Of a stretch of 64,000 nucleotides of DNA, positions 20,646 to 30,354 are shown piece by piece; positions within the stretch are counted from its first letter, which is position 1; the number at the start of each line of letters is the position of its first letter. The notes below the pieces were generated by a model. The model did not search any database. It saw nothing but the letters and a program-made list of their open reading frames with translations, and was not told the origin of the DNA. This DNA comes from a bacterium (GTDB lineage: Bacteria > Patescibacteriota > Andersenbacteria > UBA10190 > CAIZMI01): assembly GCA_030647555.1 (NCBI GenBank), contig JAUSJG010000027.1:15532-79531 (forward strand). The letters run 5' to 3'. The translations under genes and the position numbers were made by a program.

Positions 20646-21056
20646 GTGAAAAAGTTAAATAACAAAGGTTTTACCCTCATCGAATTGTTGGTTGTTATTG
20701 CGATCATCGGATTGCTAGCATCAATGGTTTTGGTGGCGGTATCAACAGCAAGAGCAAAGGCGAAGGATGCCCGCGTTAAAGCTGATGTTCAACAAATTAG
20801 GGTTCTTGCGGAAGCTTCGGCGAGTGATTCTGGTTCTTACTCAGACACGACTAGTTGGCCTACAGCAGCACAAACATCTTACGGAACACTTTCTGGTGAT
20901 ATTGGATCTCAAGGAGGTACGGTTACAAAAAATGTTAATGGAACAACCTCGTTCTGTATTAGTTCAACTTTGCCATCTGATAGTACTAAGAGTTTTTGTT
21001 TGGCGACTACAGGCAAAACTGGTACCGTTGCGTGTGGAACAGGAGATTGTCCGTAA
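20646..21056 (+). CDS. Type IV pilin (probable major pilin)
   Basis: KG|FTLIELLVVIAIIG class III signal, AKDARVKAD, C-terminal cysteines; strong SD and its own terminator. Confidence 0.9.
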   Translation: MKKLNNKGFTLIELLVVIAIIGLLASMVLVAVSTARAKAKDARVKADVQQIRVLAEASASDSGSYSDTTSWPTAAQTSYGTLSGDIGSQGGTVTKNVNGTTSFCISSTLPSDSTKSFCLATTGKTGTVACGTGDCP

Positions 21057-21060
21057 AGAT

Positions 21061-21516
21061 ACAAATGGAAAAAAACAACGCGGAAAATCCCGCGTTGTTT
21101 TGTATTGTAGTTTTCCCCGACTTCGTGCCTACTCTCTGTTTAGTTCCCGACTTCGGAGGTGTTTGACATAACAATAAAATATGATTTATTAATCAGCTTG
21201 CATTGGCCAATTATGTGATTTTCAACATATGAAAAAACGCACTAACGCGACGTTTTTTTCACTTTTTTGTCTTTGACAAATTCTAAAATATTTAACTTAA
21301 TAATTAGCTTATACTAGCTAATTATTTTTGATTTACACCAGTAAAAAACTTTTTTCAAAGGATTGCAAAAAATTGTTTTATTTTCGTACATGAGTGTTTA
21401 TAAAGAAACGCACTAAACCTCCGAACTCAGGACAAATGGAAAAAAACAACGCGGAAAATCCCGCGTTGTTTTGTATTGTAGTTTTCCCCGACTTCGTGCC
21501 TACTCTCTGTTTAGTT
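21061..21516. repeat. Two identical 85-bp direct repeats (21061-21145, 21432-21516) containing a bidirectional terminator
   Basis: ACAAATGGAAAAAAACAACGCGG-AAAAT-CCCGCGTTGTTTT...CTGTTTAGTT is duplicated exactly around a 286-bp AT-rich spacer. Confidence 0.85.
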
Positions 21517-22739
21517 TATAGGTGGGTTTGTGTTGATTTTTTTTCTAGTGATGCCGTAACAAATATTAAGACGATAATGTAAAAGATAATTATTCGGGAG
21601 AACCATAGCGCAAGGTTGCTAAACGATGGGACAAACAGCGCAAGTAATTGTAATGGCAGGATTGTAAATAACGCGAGATAAAAAATTTGTCGGGCATATA
21701 AATTAAATTTGATAAACAATTTTTCATACAAAATATCCATCGTAAACAGCGAAAGAAAGATGTGCAGAATAAAAATTATTTGATAAAAGAACCGTAAATT
21801 ATTCATTGATGATTTTAAGAGCAAGACCGTTGTTACACTTATGGTTAAAAATAAGGCCATTAGAAACAGTCTTGGAATTGTTAATTTATGCTTTAAGGTA
21901 ATGAGGAAAGAAAGAGAAATAAACGCGATAAAGGTAAGCGGTGCGTCTAAAATGAAACTGCTAAAAGTCACTTCTCGAAAATAGTAGGCGGGTATAATGT
22001 TTGTAGCGATATCGGTATCGATTAAGCTTGTAGTTCCCAAAAGTGATGAGCTCAAGAACGAAAAAGGGGAGTGCCAAAGATAGGGATCGGTTAGAAAAAA
22101 TACAGCAATAGCAATTATTGCTAGAATAATCATGTTTTTGAATGAGTGATAATACCAGATCAGAACGGGTATAAATACGGCCAGCATTAGGGTCATATGG
22201 ATTCTCGAAGCAAGTGCTAGCCCAATGCAAACACCAATGAATAAGGTGTCTAATGGGAGTGTTTTTCTTTCTTTAACGTGATAAAGCGTGATAATCCAGG
22301 CTAATCCAAGCAATTTAGCGGTGATTATATCGGAAGGGTTGGTGAAAAGCGCATAGTCGCTACCCAGTAAAATTGCAATCCAAACAAGCCACCAGAGATT
22401 GTTTCTGTATATTTTAAAAACATAGAAAAGGATAAAAAACGTCGCAAAAGAGTCTATAATTACACACGCTAAGCGAATACTGCGCAGTGGTGAAAACAGA
22501 TTTGAAGGAAAAAGATTTGATACCAACAAAGGAAATGTTCCCGGGTGCGTGGAATGGATACTCGGATTAAAGTCGAAACTATGCGTCCGCAGGTCGTTTA
22601 CTAGTTGGATTTTCTTTCCAACCCAGTAGCCCCCGTCAGCAATACCTGCGGTATTCCAAAGAAAAAGAGAAATTAAAAATATAGCCAGAAAGATGATGGG
22701 AAAGCAACGAATGGGGTTTATTTGGCTAATTTTGTACAT
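21516..22739 (-). CDS. Polytopic membrane protein, probable GT-C fold glycosyltransferase (ArnT/PMT-like)
   Basis: About 11-12 TM helices; AD..YW first-loop acidic motif, HPG, R after TM2, GLALASR; AT-rich and antisense to the pil cluster. Confidence 0.55.
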   Translation of the reverse strand: MYKISQINPIRCFPIIFLAIFLISLFLWNTAGIADGGYWVGKKIQLVNDLRTHSFDFNPSIHSTHPGTFPLLVSNLFPSNLFSPLRSIRLACVIIDSFATFFILFYVFKIYRNNLWWLVWIAILLGSDYALFTNPSDIITAKLLGLAWIITLYHVKERKTLPLDTLFIGVCIGLALASRIHMTLMLAVFIPVLIWYYHSFKNMIILAIIAIAVFFLTDPYLWHSPFSFLSSSLLGTTSLIDTDIATNIIPAYYFREVTFSSFILDAPLTFIAFISLSFLITLKHKLTIPRLFLMALFLTISVTTVLLLKSSMNNLRFFYQIIFILHIFLSLFTMDILYEKLFIKFNLYARQIFYLALFTILPLQLLALFVPSFSNLALWFSRIIIFYIIVLIFVTASLEKKSTQTHL

Positions 22740-22886
22740 TAGGGCTTATTTTGTGGATTTATTATTTTATTTAGCTAGTAAAGTGTAAGGTACAGATTTT
22801 GGTTATGAACCGCAACTATAGGTTGTATTGTGTGCTATAATTAAAAAAGTGATTAATGGGGGGATAATTCTTATTAGCGAATCTAA

Positions 22887-23324
22887 ATGAAAATAAATAC
22901 ACAGAAAAACAAAAAAGGGTTTACGATGATAGAGTTGTTGGTTGTAATATCGGTGATTGCTTTACTTGTCGCCCTCGTGCTTGTTGCAGTCTCAATGGCT
23001 AGGGTGAAGGCAAATAATTCTCGGATTAAGGGCGATATGGACCAGTTGCGGAAGCAAGCAGAAGTGATATACGTAGCAAATGGAATGACAACATATTGTA
23101 AGGGCGTAGTTGCGGGGGATTGTTTTAGTAATGGTCAGAACCCTCAGGTAATTTTGCTTCGTGATGATATTGTGAAAAGAAGTTATGCTGCAGCTTATCC
23201 AAATCTGATCGCAAATGATATTGGATATTGCATTTCATCAAAAATGGCAAATAATAATAGGCTTTGTTATGATTCTTCGGGCAAACAAACGACGGGTATG
23301 TGTTCGGGCATCGTGTGCCAATAA
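22887..23324 (+). CDS. Type IV pilin
   Basis: KG|FTMIELLVVI class III signal; Cys-rich C-terminus paralogous to 20646. Confidence 0.88.
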   Translation: MKINTQKNKKGFTMIELLVVISVIALLVALVLVAVSMARVKANNSRIKGDMDQLRKQAEVIYVANGMTTYCKGVVAGDCFSNGQNPQVILLRDDIVKRSYAAAYPNLIANDIGYCISSKMANNNRLCYDSSGKQTTGMCSGIVCQ

Positions 23325-24079
23325 TGTTGGTAGTAATTGTTGGGGTTGCCCTTATCATTGGTAGTTTTTTGACGGTCGCTTCGGAAGACCCGGATGGGTT
23401 TGATTGGTTGACGCGAAAACGGTCGAAATGCATGGAATGTGGGCATGTTTTGGATTTTTATGATCTTTTTCCGGTTTTTAGTTACTTGTGGTTGAAGGGA
23501 AAATGTCGCTATTGTGGAAAACTTATTGCTCCATATCATTTGATCACCGAATTAACGACTGTTTTCGTTTTTGTATTAGCTTATTTAGTTACTCCGAAAC
23601 CGCTACAAATAGGTTTTGTTTTTTTGTTAGTGATGCTGACACTATTATTGGTGCTTACTTTAACAGATCTGAAGTTTTGGACGCTACCGGATATCTTCGT
23701 CGGTCTATTGGCGCTTGTTGGTATTATTCGCGCCATAGTTATACACAGGCCGGATATAAAAGACTGTCTGGCGGGTGCGGTTGTGGGTTTTTTGTTGCTC
23801 GGTGGTATTCACTATTTTTCAAAAGGGAAGGCAATGGGCTTTGGGGACGTAAAACTGGCCGCCGCCATGGGGGTTGTACTGGGACTAGGACAAGTTGTTC
23901 TGGCCTTAATGATTGCTTTTGTCTTGGGAGGCATTGTTGGCGCTGTGCTTATGGCTCTAAAGAAGGCAACCGCAAAAAGCATGGTGCCGTTTGGGCCGTT
24001 TCTCACAATTGCAACGGCACTATTGTTGTTATTTCCACAGTTATATGGACGTATTCTTCTTTTTTACGGTCTGATGTAA
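23324..24079 (+). CDS. pilD: Prepilin peptidase PilD (A24)
   Basis: GSFL, CxxC...GKCRYC, catalytic D in TDL and MGFGDVKL, PFGPFL; ATG overlaps the upstream TAA. Confidence 0.92.
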   Translation: MLVVIVGVALIIGSFLTVASEDPDGFDWLTRKRSKCMECGHVLDFYDLFPVFSYLWLKGKCRYCGKLIAPYHLITELTTVFVFVLAYLVTPKPLQIGFVFLLVMLTLLLVLTLTDLKFWTLPDIFVGLLALVGIIRAIVIHRPDIKDCLAGAVVGFLLLGGIHYFSKGKAMGFGDVKLAAAMGVVLGLGQVVLALMIAFVLGGIVGAVLMALKKATAKSMVPFGPFLTIATALLLLFPQLYGRILLFYGLM

Positions 24080-24094
24080 GATATAGACAGACAC

Positions 24095-24715
24095 ATGTTA
24101 CGGCAAAAACAAACAATAACTAAAAATTCCGGCTTTACGCTGATTGAAGCCATTGTGACGATAATAATAATGTTGTTATTAATGGGTATTCTTTTATCCG
24201 GTTATAGTCAGGCCAAACAGCGTTTCTTGGTACGTGATTCAGCTCAACAGTTTGCCGATGTAATTAGGCAGACAATCGCTGACACAAAAAACGGCATAAG
24301 GGTTGTACCCGTTGCACCCATTACTTGTGTGCCTGACACCTCAAACCCTGCTACCGCAGATTATCGTCAATGTTCTAATTATAAAATAAGAGCCACCTCA
24401 GTGGATGACGCAGGTGTTACATTTAATAAATATGATAAATATGTAATAGGTACGGGAGTAAAGTACGCAAATGATCCAATGAATCATCCGTTGCTGGTTG
24501 GGACGGCTTTTTTGGGGGAATTAAATCTTGATTTTACTTATTCTACCGGGACATTTCCGCTTGTATCTATTGGTATGACGGGTAATGGTGGTAGTGTTAC
24601 GTCGAACGAGACAATTCAGCTGACGATAATAAGCTTGAGCGATGGAAATATAAAAACTAATATTTGTATTATGAAGTCAGGTTCTGTGTTGGTTCAAGCA
24701 GATCCTTGTAACTAG
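24095..24715 (+). CDS. Minor pilin (FimT/GspH-like)
   Basis: SG|FTLIEAIV class III signal. Confidence 0.8.
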   Translation: MLRQKQTITKNSGFTLIEAIVTIIIMLLLMGILLSGYSQAKQRFLVRDSAQQFADVIRQTIADTKNGIRVVPVAPITCVPDTSNPATADYRQCSNYKIRATSVDDAGVTFNKYDKYVIGTGVKYANDPMNHPLLVGTAFLGELNLDFTYSTGTFPLVSIGMTGNGGSVTSNETIQLTIISLSDGNIKTNICIMKSGSVLVQADPCN

Positions 24716-24723
24716 AAAAATTT

Positions 24724-25440
24724 ATGAAAAAATATAAATTTTTAAAATCAAACATAAAACAGAGAGGGTTTTCCTTGGTTGGTGTTTTGGTGGCGGCATT
24801 TATCGCGCTCCTTGTTCTTACGGCGCTTCTTTCAATGCTTTCGCAAATTTTAGCACTGGGAAGGGTTTCTAAAAACAAGTTCGTGGCCGTCAATCTGGCA
24901 AAAGAAGGGATTGAGCTGGTTCGCAATATGCGAGACAGTAACTGGTTGTATTATCCAGTCGTGAGTGGGACATCGGTACAAGCGATGCAATGGCGGGGAT
25001 GTCAAGGTGGTGGTACTGCTACAGATTGCGTGAAATTAAAAAGTTTGTGCAATGGGGGGCCATATACAGTCGATGCTTTGGATGATGACCTTATTTTGAA
25101 AAGTGCCCCCAACCTCACCGATAGAGAGTTGAAACAGGTTACTTATGGAGGGGCAAAAGTGTTTACACATCAAGCAGGTGGCACTACTAACCCCATCTTT
25201 AGTCGGTCAATAACAATTGGTTCGGCGGACATAGAACCCTCTGAATTGTCTGAAGATTATTTACCAGTCTTGCTTGGTTGTGGCGAAACGGCTGATTTCT
25301 CGAGCACTAATTCTTTAAAAATAAAACCAAGAGGTATTGTTGTTACTTCGAGGGTTGAGTGGCTTGAACCGGGGACTGGCACACCTAAGAATGTCGAGTT
25401 GACGGGAATTTTATATGATTGGTTAACACAAAGGCCATGA
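24724..25440 (+). CDS. Minor pilin (PilV-like)
   Basis: RG|FSLVGVLV signal; AVNLAKEGIELVRNMRD and LYDW motifs. Confidence 0.78.
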   Translation: MKKYKFLKSNIKQRGFSLVGVLVAAFIALLVLTALLSMLSQILALGRVSKNKFVAVNLAKEGIELVRNMRDSNWLYYPVVSGTSVQAMQWRGCQGGGTATDCVKLKSLCNGGPYTVDALDDDLILKSAPNLTDRELKQVTYGGAKVFTHQAGGTTNPIFSRSITIGSADIEPSELSEDYLPVLLGCGETADFSSTNSLKIKPRGIVVTSRVEWLEPGTGTPKNVELTGILYDWLTQRP

Positions 25441-26045
25441 GGTATCAAGAAAAAAATAGCGGTTTTTCGTTGATTGAATTAATGGTGGCCGGTTCAATCT
25501 TTATACTTGTCTTGGGCTTTGTGGGTGGAATATTTTCAATGTTTGTTAGTCGACAGAAGCAACAGGTTGATACACAGTTACTACAGCAGGAAGTGCAGAA
25601 CTTTTTGGAAGTTATCGAACGTGACGTTAGGACAGCGTACGGAGAAAAGTTTAATGATCCGAATGCATCATCAAATCAATCGATTTCATTTATGAATCAA
25701 GAGCAAAAGTTTACGCTCCCTGTTAGTGAGCGAGTTGAACATCAATATTCTTTAAAGACCGATATGGTCGAAAATTGGATAGGGCGAGTATATTATAATG
25801 ACGGCAGTGGATCATTATCTATGCCTATTCCTATTACATCCGATAAAATTAATGTAACAAACCTAGAGTTCAAATGGAATAAAGGGAAGTTCGCGACAGA
25901 CAGTAGTGGTAACCATTATCTAACCGGAGTTCCTTTACGGCTAACTATCGCGCTTGAGGTGTGTAGACGAGATGATCTAACCTCGTGCCTGCAAACTCAG
26001 GCCACGATTGCTTCTCGTCAAACTAAGCCGATAGATGAAAAATAA
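25437..26045 (+). CDS. Minor pilin (PilW-like)
   Basis: SG|FSLIELMVA signal, IERDVR, C-terminal QATIASR; ATGA overlap with the upstream gene. Confidence 0.8.
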   Translation: MRYQEKNSGFSLIELMVAGSIFILVLGFVGGIFSMFVSRQKQQVDTQLLQQEVQNFLEVIERDVRTAYGEKFNDPNASSNQSISFMNQEQKFTLPVSERVEHQYSLKTDMVENWIGRVYYNDGSGSLSMPIPITSDKINVTNLEFKWNKGKFATDSSGNHYLTGVPLRLTIALEVCRRDDLTSCLQTQATIASRQTKPIDEK

Positions 26046-26491
26046 TGCTTAAATATATTTTACAAAAAAACAACAATAAGGGGGAAGTGGCGCTAATTTA
26101 TGTTTTCATTATTTTGTCGATACTGATTGTAAGCGCATTTACTCTTTCCGCGATCGCTATAAGTACAATTAAGGGGTCCGGGACCGCCGAATATGTTGCC
26201 CGTGCTCAAGTCGCCTCCGACAGTTATCTTGAAAAAGCGATGTTTCAATTTCATTGGTCAAAACTCACAGACAGTCGATGCTTGAATACGGTAACACCCG
26301 TTGACGGTGATGGCACGAAGGTTACTGTAATGGTGGACAATGGTGAAAAAGGAGTGTGCCCATCGCTTGATGGTGTTGTTACAAAAAAAGATGAAAAGCT
26401 CTGTGTGTATTCATTTGCTGAAAATCACGGCGTTCAGAAAAAGGGATCGGCCGGAGCGGGTGACCCTACAAAGGGTTGCGAAGTGAGATAG
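26045..26491 (+). CDS. Minor pilin (PilX-like)
   Basis: KG|EVALI hydrophobic helix without Glu5, AQVASDSYLEKA; last of the minor pilins. Confidence 0.65.
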   Translation: MLKYILQKNNNKGEVALIYVFIILSILIVSAFTLSAIAISTIKGSGTAEYVARAQVASDSYLEKAMFQFHWSKLTDSRCLNTVTPVDGDGTKVTVMVDNGEKGVCPSLDGVVTKKDEKLCVYSFAENHGVQKKGSAGAGDPTKGCEVR

Positions 26492-26546
26492 GATTTGAGA
26501 GATCTTAGCTACTGCTAAAAGGTCCAGCTTGCTTTATGATTCATCT

Positions 26547-28541
26547 ATGGACAAAAGCAGTGCTAAAAAACGTATAATCAAACTTCGTGAGGAAATTGAG
26601 TATCATCGTCACCTTTATCATGTTTTAGATAAGCAGGAGATTTCGGATTCTGCGTTGGATTCGCTTAAGCACGAGCTTTACGGGCTAGAACAGCAGTTTC
26701 CTGACCTAATTACAAAAGACTCTCCAACACAGCGCGTGGGCGGGGAGCCGTTGAAAGAGTTTAAAGAAGTTCAGCATCAATCCCAAATGCTTTCTTTGGA
26801 GGATGTTTTTTTGGCGGAAGAATTGACCGACTGGGAAGAACGCAATCGTAAAATTTTTCCACAAGGTAAATACAATTATTATTGCGAATTGAAAATCGAC
26901 GGCTTGGCAATCGAATTACGATATCGTGACGGAGTATTGTTTGAAGCATCAACCAGAGGTGATGGAAAAACCGGTGAGAACGTTACGGAAAATATAAAGA
27001 CCATCGAAAGTATTCCTTTGAGAATTATTGGTAAGGCACCCAAAGAACTAACAGTGCGTGGCGAGGTGTATATGAATCAAGACCAGTTTGACGCGCTAAA
27101 CAAGGAACAGGAAAAACTTGGGAAACCGCTTTATGCTAATCCGCGTAACGTGGCGGCGGGCAGTATTCGTCAGTTGGATTCGAAAATTACCGCCAGCCGA
27201 AAATTGCATTGTGTGACATATGACATTGTTGATGATCAGTCGTTTGCAAAGCATCATGAAGAACATTTGGCATTGAAAAAATATGGTTTTCGGACAAGCG
27301 CGCAAACGGAAGAATGTGCTGATCTTGCGATCGTGGCCAAATATCACGCGAGGTGGCAACAAAAACGCGATTTATTACCGCACTGGATTGATGGGGTGGT
27401 GGTTTTCATTGATGACAATGAGACATTTCGTCGTCTGGGTGTGGCTGGAAAAACTCCACGCGGGGCAGTGGCATTTAAGTTCCCGGCCGAAGAAGCGACA
27501 ACGGTTGTGGAAGATATTCTCGTTCAGGTGGGTCGCACGGGTGCTCTTACTCCTGTTGCGGTTCTACGGCCTGTTTCTGTGGCAGGAACGACGGTCAGCA
27601 GGGCAACACTACATAACGAAGATGAAATTCATCGAAAAGATGTACGCGTGGGTGATACTGTTGTGATTCACAAAGCCGGCGATATTATTCCGGAAGTGGT
27701 ACGCGTTTTGCCAAAGTTGCGTCCGAACAAGACTAAGGAGTTTAGAATGCCCGTCAAGTGTCCAATTTGTGATGCTAGGGTGGAAAAAGAAAAGGATGGT
27801 GCGATTTCGCGTTGTACAAACAAACAGTGTTCCGCCCAGCAACTTGAGGGACTCATTCATTTTGTCTCGAGAACAGCAACAGACATGGAAGGTGTTGGTC
27901 CGAAATTGATTGAAAAATTGGTGGAGATTGGATTAGTGCGTGATTCTGCGGATTTGTACGGATTAAAAAAAACGGATGTGGTTAGTCTTGAACGTTTCGC
28001 GGAGAAATCAGCCGACAATGTGATTGAATCTATTCAGGGCCGGAAAAATCTTTCGCTGGGAAGATTCATTTATGCGCTTGGGATACAGCATGTAGGTAAT
28101 GTTACGGCCGTAGCATTGGCGGAGAAGTTTTCAACTCTGACAAATATTCAAAAAGCGTCCGAAGAAGAATTGTCTGCCGTGGATGGCGTGGGTGACGTGG
28201 TGGGAAAAAGTATTTATGAATTTTTTCAGTCGAAGCACGCCGGGGAATTATTGAAAAAATTTGAGAAAAATGGAGTGGTGGTAGAAAAAGCAGTGGTAAT
28301 AAAGAGAACAGGCATTTTTTCAGGAAAAACAGTTGTGGTAACAGGCAGTTTAGGTGATTTAACACGCGATGAAGTATGGGAAGAAATTCGCAAGCGTGGA
28401 GGAAAAATCACGGAAACAGTTTCTAAAAAAACCGGCTTATTGATAGTGGGGGAAGAACCGGGATCAAAGGTGGTAAAAGCGCAGAAGTTGGGAGTAGAGA
28501 TAATGGACGCGAAAGAATTTTTGAAAAAAATAAAAGAATGA
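26547..28541 (+). CDS. ligA: NAD-dependent DNA ligase
   Basis: ELKIDG adenylation motif, TRGDG, VRGEV, zinc finger, HhH motifs and BRCT domain; ATG at 26547. Confidence 0.96.
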   Translation: MDKSSAKKRIIKLREEIEYHRHLYHVLDKQEISDSALDSLKHELYGLEQQFPDLITKDSPTQRVGGEPLKEFKEVQHQSQMLSLEDVFLAEELTDWEERNRKIFPQGKYNYYCELKIDGLAIELRYRDGVLFEASTRGDGKTGENVTENIKTIESIPLRIIGKAPKELTVRGEVYMNQDQFDALNKEQEKLGKPLYANPRNVAAGSIRQLDSKITASRKLHCVTYDIVDDQSFAKHHEEHLALKKYGFRTSAQTEECADLAIVAKYHARWQQKRDLLPHWIDGVVVFIDDNETFRRLGVAGKTPRGAVAFKFPAEEATTVVEDILVQVGRTGALTPVAVLRPVSVAGTTVSRATLHNEDEIHRKDVRVGDTVVIHKAGDIIPEVVRVLPKLRPNKTKEFRMPVKCPICDARVEKEKDGAISRCTNKQCSAQQLEGLIHFVSRTATDMEGVGPKLIEKLVEIGLVRDSADLYGLKKTDVVSLERFAEKSADNVIESIQGRKNLSLGRFIYALGIQHVGNVTAVALAEKFSTLTNIQKASEEELSAVDGVGDVVGKSIYEFFQSKHAGELLKKFEKNGVVVEKAVVIKRTGIFSGKTVVVTGSLGDLTRDEVWEEIRKRGGKITETVSKKTGLLIVGEEPGSKVVKAQKLGVEIMDAKEFLKKIKE

Positions 28542-28640
28542 TTACCTGCACCACATTCCAAGTGGAGCAAGCTTGCTCCACTTGGAATGTGGTGCAGGCT
28601 TAAGGTTGCGCAGGATCCCAAAAATCGCTAGGGTATAGGA

Positions 28641-28931
28641 ATGGAAGAAGTGCAAAAAGAAACTATTGTTCCTCATTTGGCTGATTTGGCGCGTATTGAG
28701 CTCACGGCAGAAGAACAGGTTCGTTATGAACGAGATATTACCGAGATCATCGAATTTGTCGGCAAAATTGCCAATGTCAAAGTATCGTCGCAACCGTTAA
28801 CAACAACAATTTCTGGTGTCAGTCAGGTGATGCGGGCGGATCAGGTGGAGCAATCTGATTTAGCAGATAGTCTTTTGGCGCAAGCGCCGAAAACGCGTAA
28901 TCGGTTAGTTTTGGTTCCAAAAATTCTATAA
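28641..28931 (+). CDS. gatC: Asp/Glu-tRNA amidotransferase subunit C
   Basis: HLADLARIEL, MRAD and VPKIL motifs; directly upstream of gatA. Confidence 0.9.
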   Translation: MEEVQKETIVPHLADLARIELTAEEQVRYERDITEIIEFVGKIANVKVSSQPLTTTISGVSQVMRADQVEQSDLADSLLAQAPKTRNRLVLVPKIL

Positions 28932-28932
28932 T

Positions 28933-30354
28933 ATGCAATCGGAAATAAAAAACCTTGCGGAAAAATTGCAATCCGGTGAAACAACCGCCGTTCGATTATT
29001 GGATTCGGCTTACAAAATAATTGAAGAAAAAGAACCCAAAATCAATGCTTTTATCAGTCTTATGAAAGAACAGGCGCAAAGACAAGCGGAAGAGATTGAT
29101 GGGCGGCGAAAAGCCGGTGAAAAATTATCGGTATTGGCTGGAATTCCTTGCGCGATTAAAGACATGATTTGTATTGCCGAAACAAAAACTACTGCCGCTT
29201 CAAAGATGCTGGAAAATTTTGTGCCACCCTATGACGCGGAAGTAATTACGCGTTTGCGAAATAATGGCGCTGTTTTTGTTGGAAAAACCAATTTGGATGA
29301 ATTCGCGATGGGATCCTCCACTGAATTTTCGATTGTCGGACCGACGCATAATCCACTGGATAATCGTCTGGTGGCTGGTGGTAGTTCCGGTGGTAGCGCG
29401 GCGGCCGTTGCATCCGGAATGGTGCCATACGCGCTAGGAACAGATACCGGCGGGTCGATTCGCGAGCCGGCGAGTTTTTGCGGGATAGTGGGTTTTAAAC
29501 CGACGTATGGCAGAATTAGTCGCTCCGGTGTGATTGCTTACGCTTCTTCTTTTGATCAAGTTGGGCCTCTGGCACGGACGGTGGAAGATACAGCCTTGGT
29601 TTATGAAGCGATTGCGGGGCCAGATCCAAAAGATTCGACGACGCTTCCGGCGTCAGTGCCGTCGGTTTTGCCGACGATGCGTGATGGCGTAAAAGGTCTG
29701 CGTATTGGTGTGCCGAAAGAGTTTTTTAGCGAAGGTGTGGATAAAGAAGTAGCCACTACTGTAAAAAAGGCAATTGATGAACTGCAAGAAAAAGGTGCAA
29801 TTATTACCGAAGTTTCCTTGCCGTTAACCGATGTGGCGCTTGCCGTTTATCTTATTCTTACTCGCGCGGAGGCGTCGACAAATTTGGCACGATATGATGG
29901 AGTTCGTTTCGGATTGCGTTCCGACGGAAAAACAATGGAAGAAATTTACCGCAAAACACGGGGCGCGGGGTTTGGGGTGGAAGTGAAACAGCGTATTATG
30001 TTGGGTACGTTTGCGCTTTCTTCCGGTTATGCCGATAAGTATTACCGACAAGCGACGGCGGTGCGTAGAGAAATTGCGTTGGAATATGCCAGGATTTTTG
30101 AACAAGTTGATGTTTTGGTTGGTCCCGCGACGCCAGAGGTCGCGTTTCCAATCGGTTCGAAAACCAATGATCCATTGCGAATGTACGCGGCGGACGTTCT
30201 GACTGTTCCGGTAAACGTGGCCGGTGTGCCGGCGATTGTTGTTCCGTGTGGCAAAGCGCATGATCTGCCAGTTGGTCTGCAGATTATTGCCGCGCAAGGT
30301 AGGGAAGATTTATGTTTTCGTGTTGCCGCGTCAGCTGAAGCGTCCAATGGTTAA
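28933..30354 (+). CDS. gatA: Asp/Glu-tRNA amidotransferase subunit A
   Basis: GKTNLDEFAMGSS, GGSSGGS, GTDTGGSIR and RYDG amidase signature. Confidence 0.96.
   Translation: MQSEIKNLAEKLQSGETTAVRLLDSAYKIIEEKEPKINAFISLMKEQAQRQAEEIDGRRKAGEKLSVLAGIPCAIKDMICIAETKTTAASKMLENFVPPYDAEVITRLRNNGAVFVGKTNLDEFAMGSSTEFSIVGPTHNPLDNRLVAGGSSGGSAAAVASGMVPYALGTDTGGSIREPASFCGIVGFKPTYGRISRSGVIAYASSFDQVGPLARTVEDTALVYEAIAGPDPKDSTTLPASVPSVLPTMRDGVKGLRIGVPKEFFSEGVDKEVATTVKKAIDELQEKGAIITEVSLPLTDVALAVYLILTRAEASTNLARYDGVRFGLRSDGKTMEEIYRKTRGAGFGVEVKQRIMLGTFALSSGYADKYYRQATAVRREIALEYARIFEQVDVLVGPATPEVAFPIGSKTNDPLRMYAADVLTVPVNVAGVPAIVVPCGKAHDLPVGLQIIAAQGREDLCFRVAASAEASNG

Noticed and set aside
21061-21516. 85-bp direct repeats as a CRISPR array or DGR template/variable repeats
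   Set aside because: The two copies are identical with no adenine-specific differences, are non-coding, and no reverse transcriptase or cas gene is in the window.
12743-26491. Absence of a PilQ secretin as a defect or novelty
   Set aside because: It is expected for an organism without an outer membrane, as inferred for CPR.
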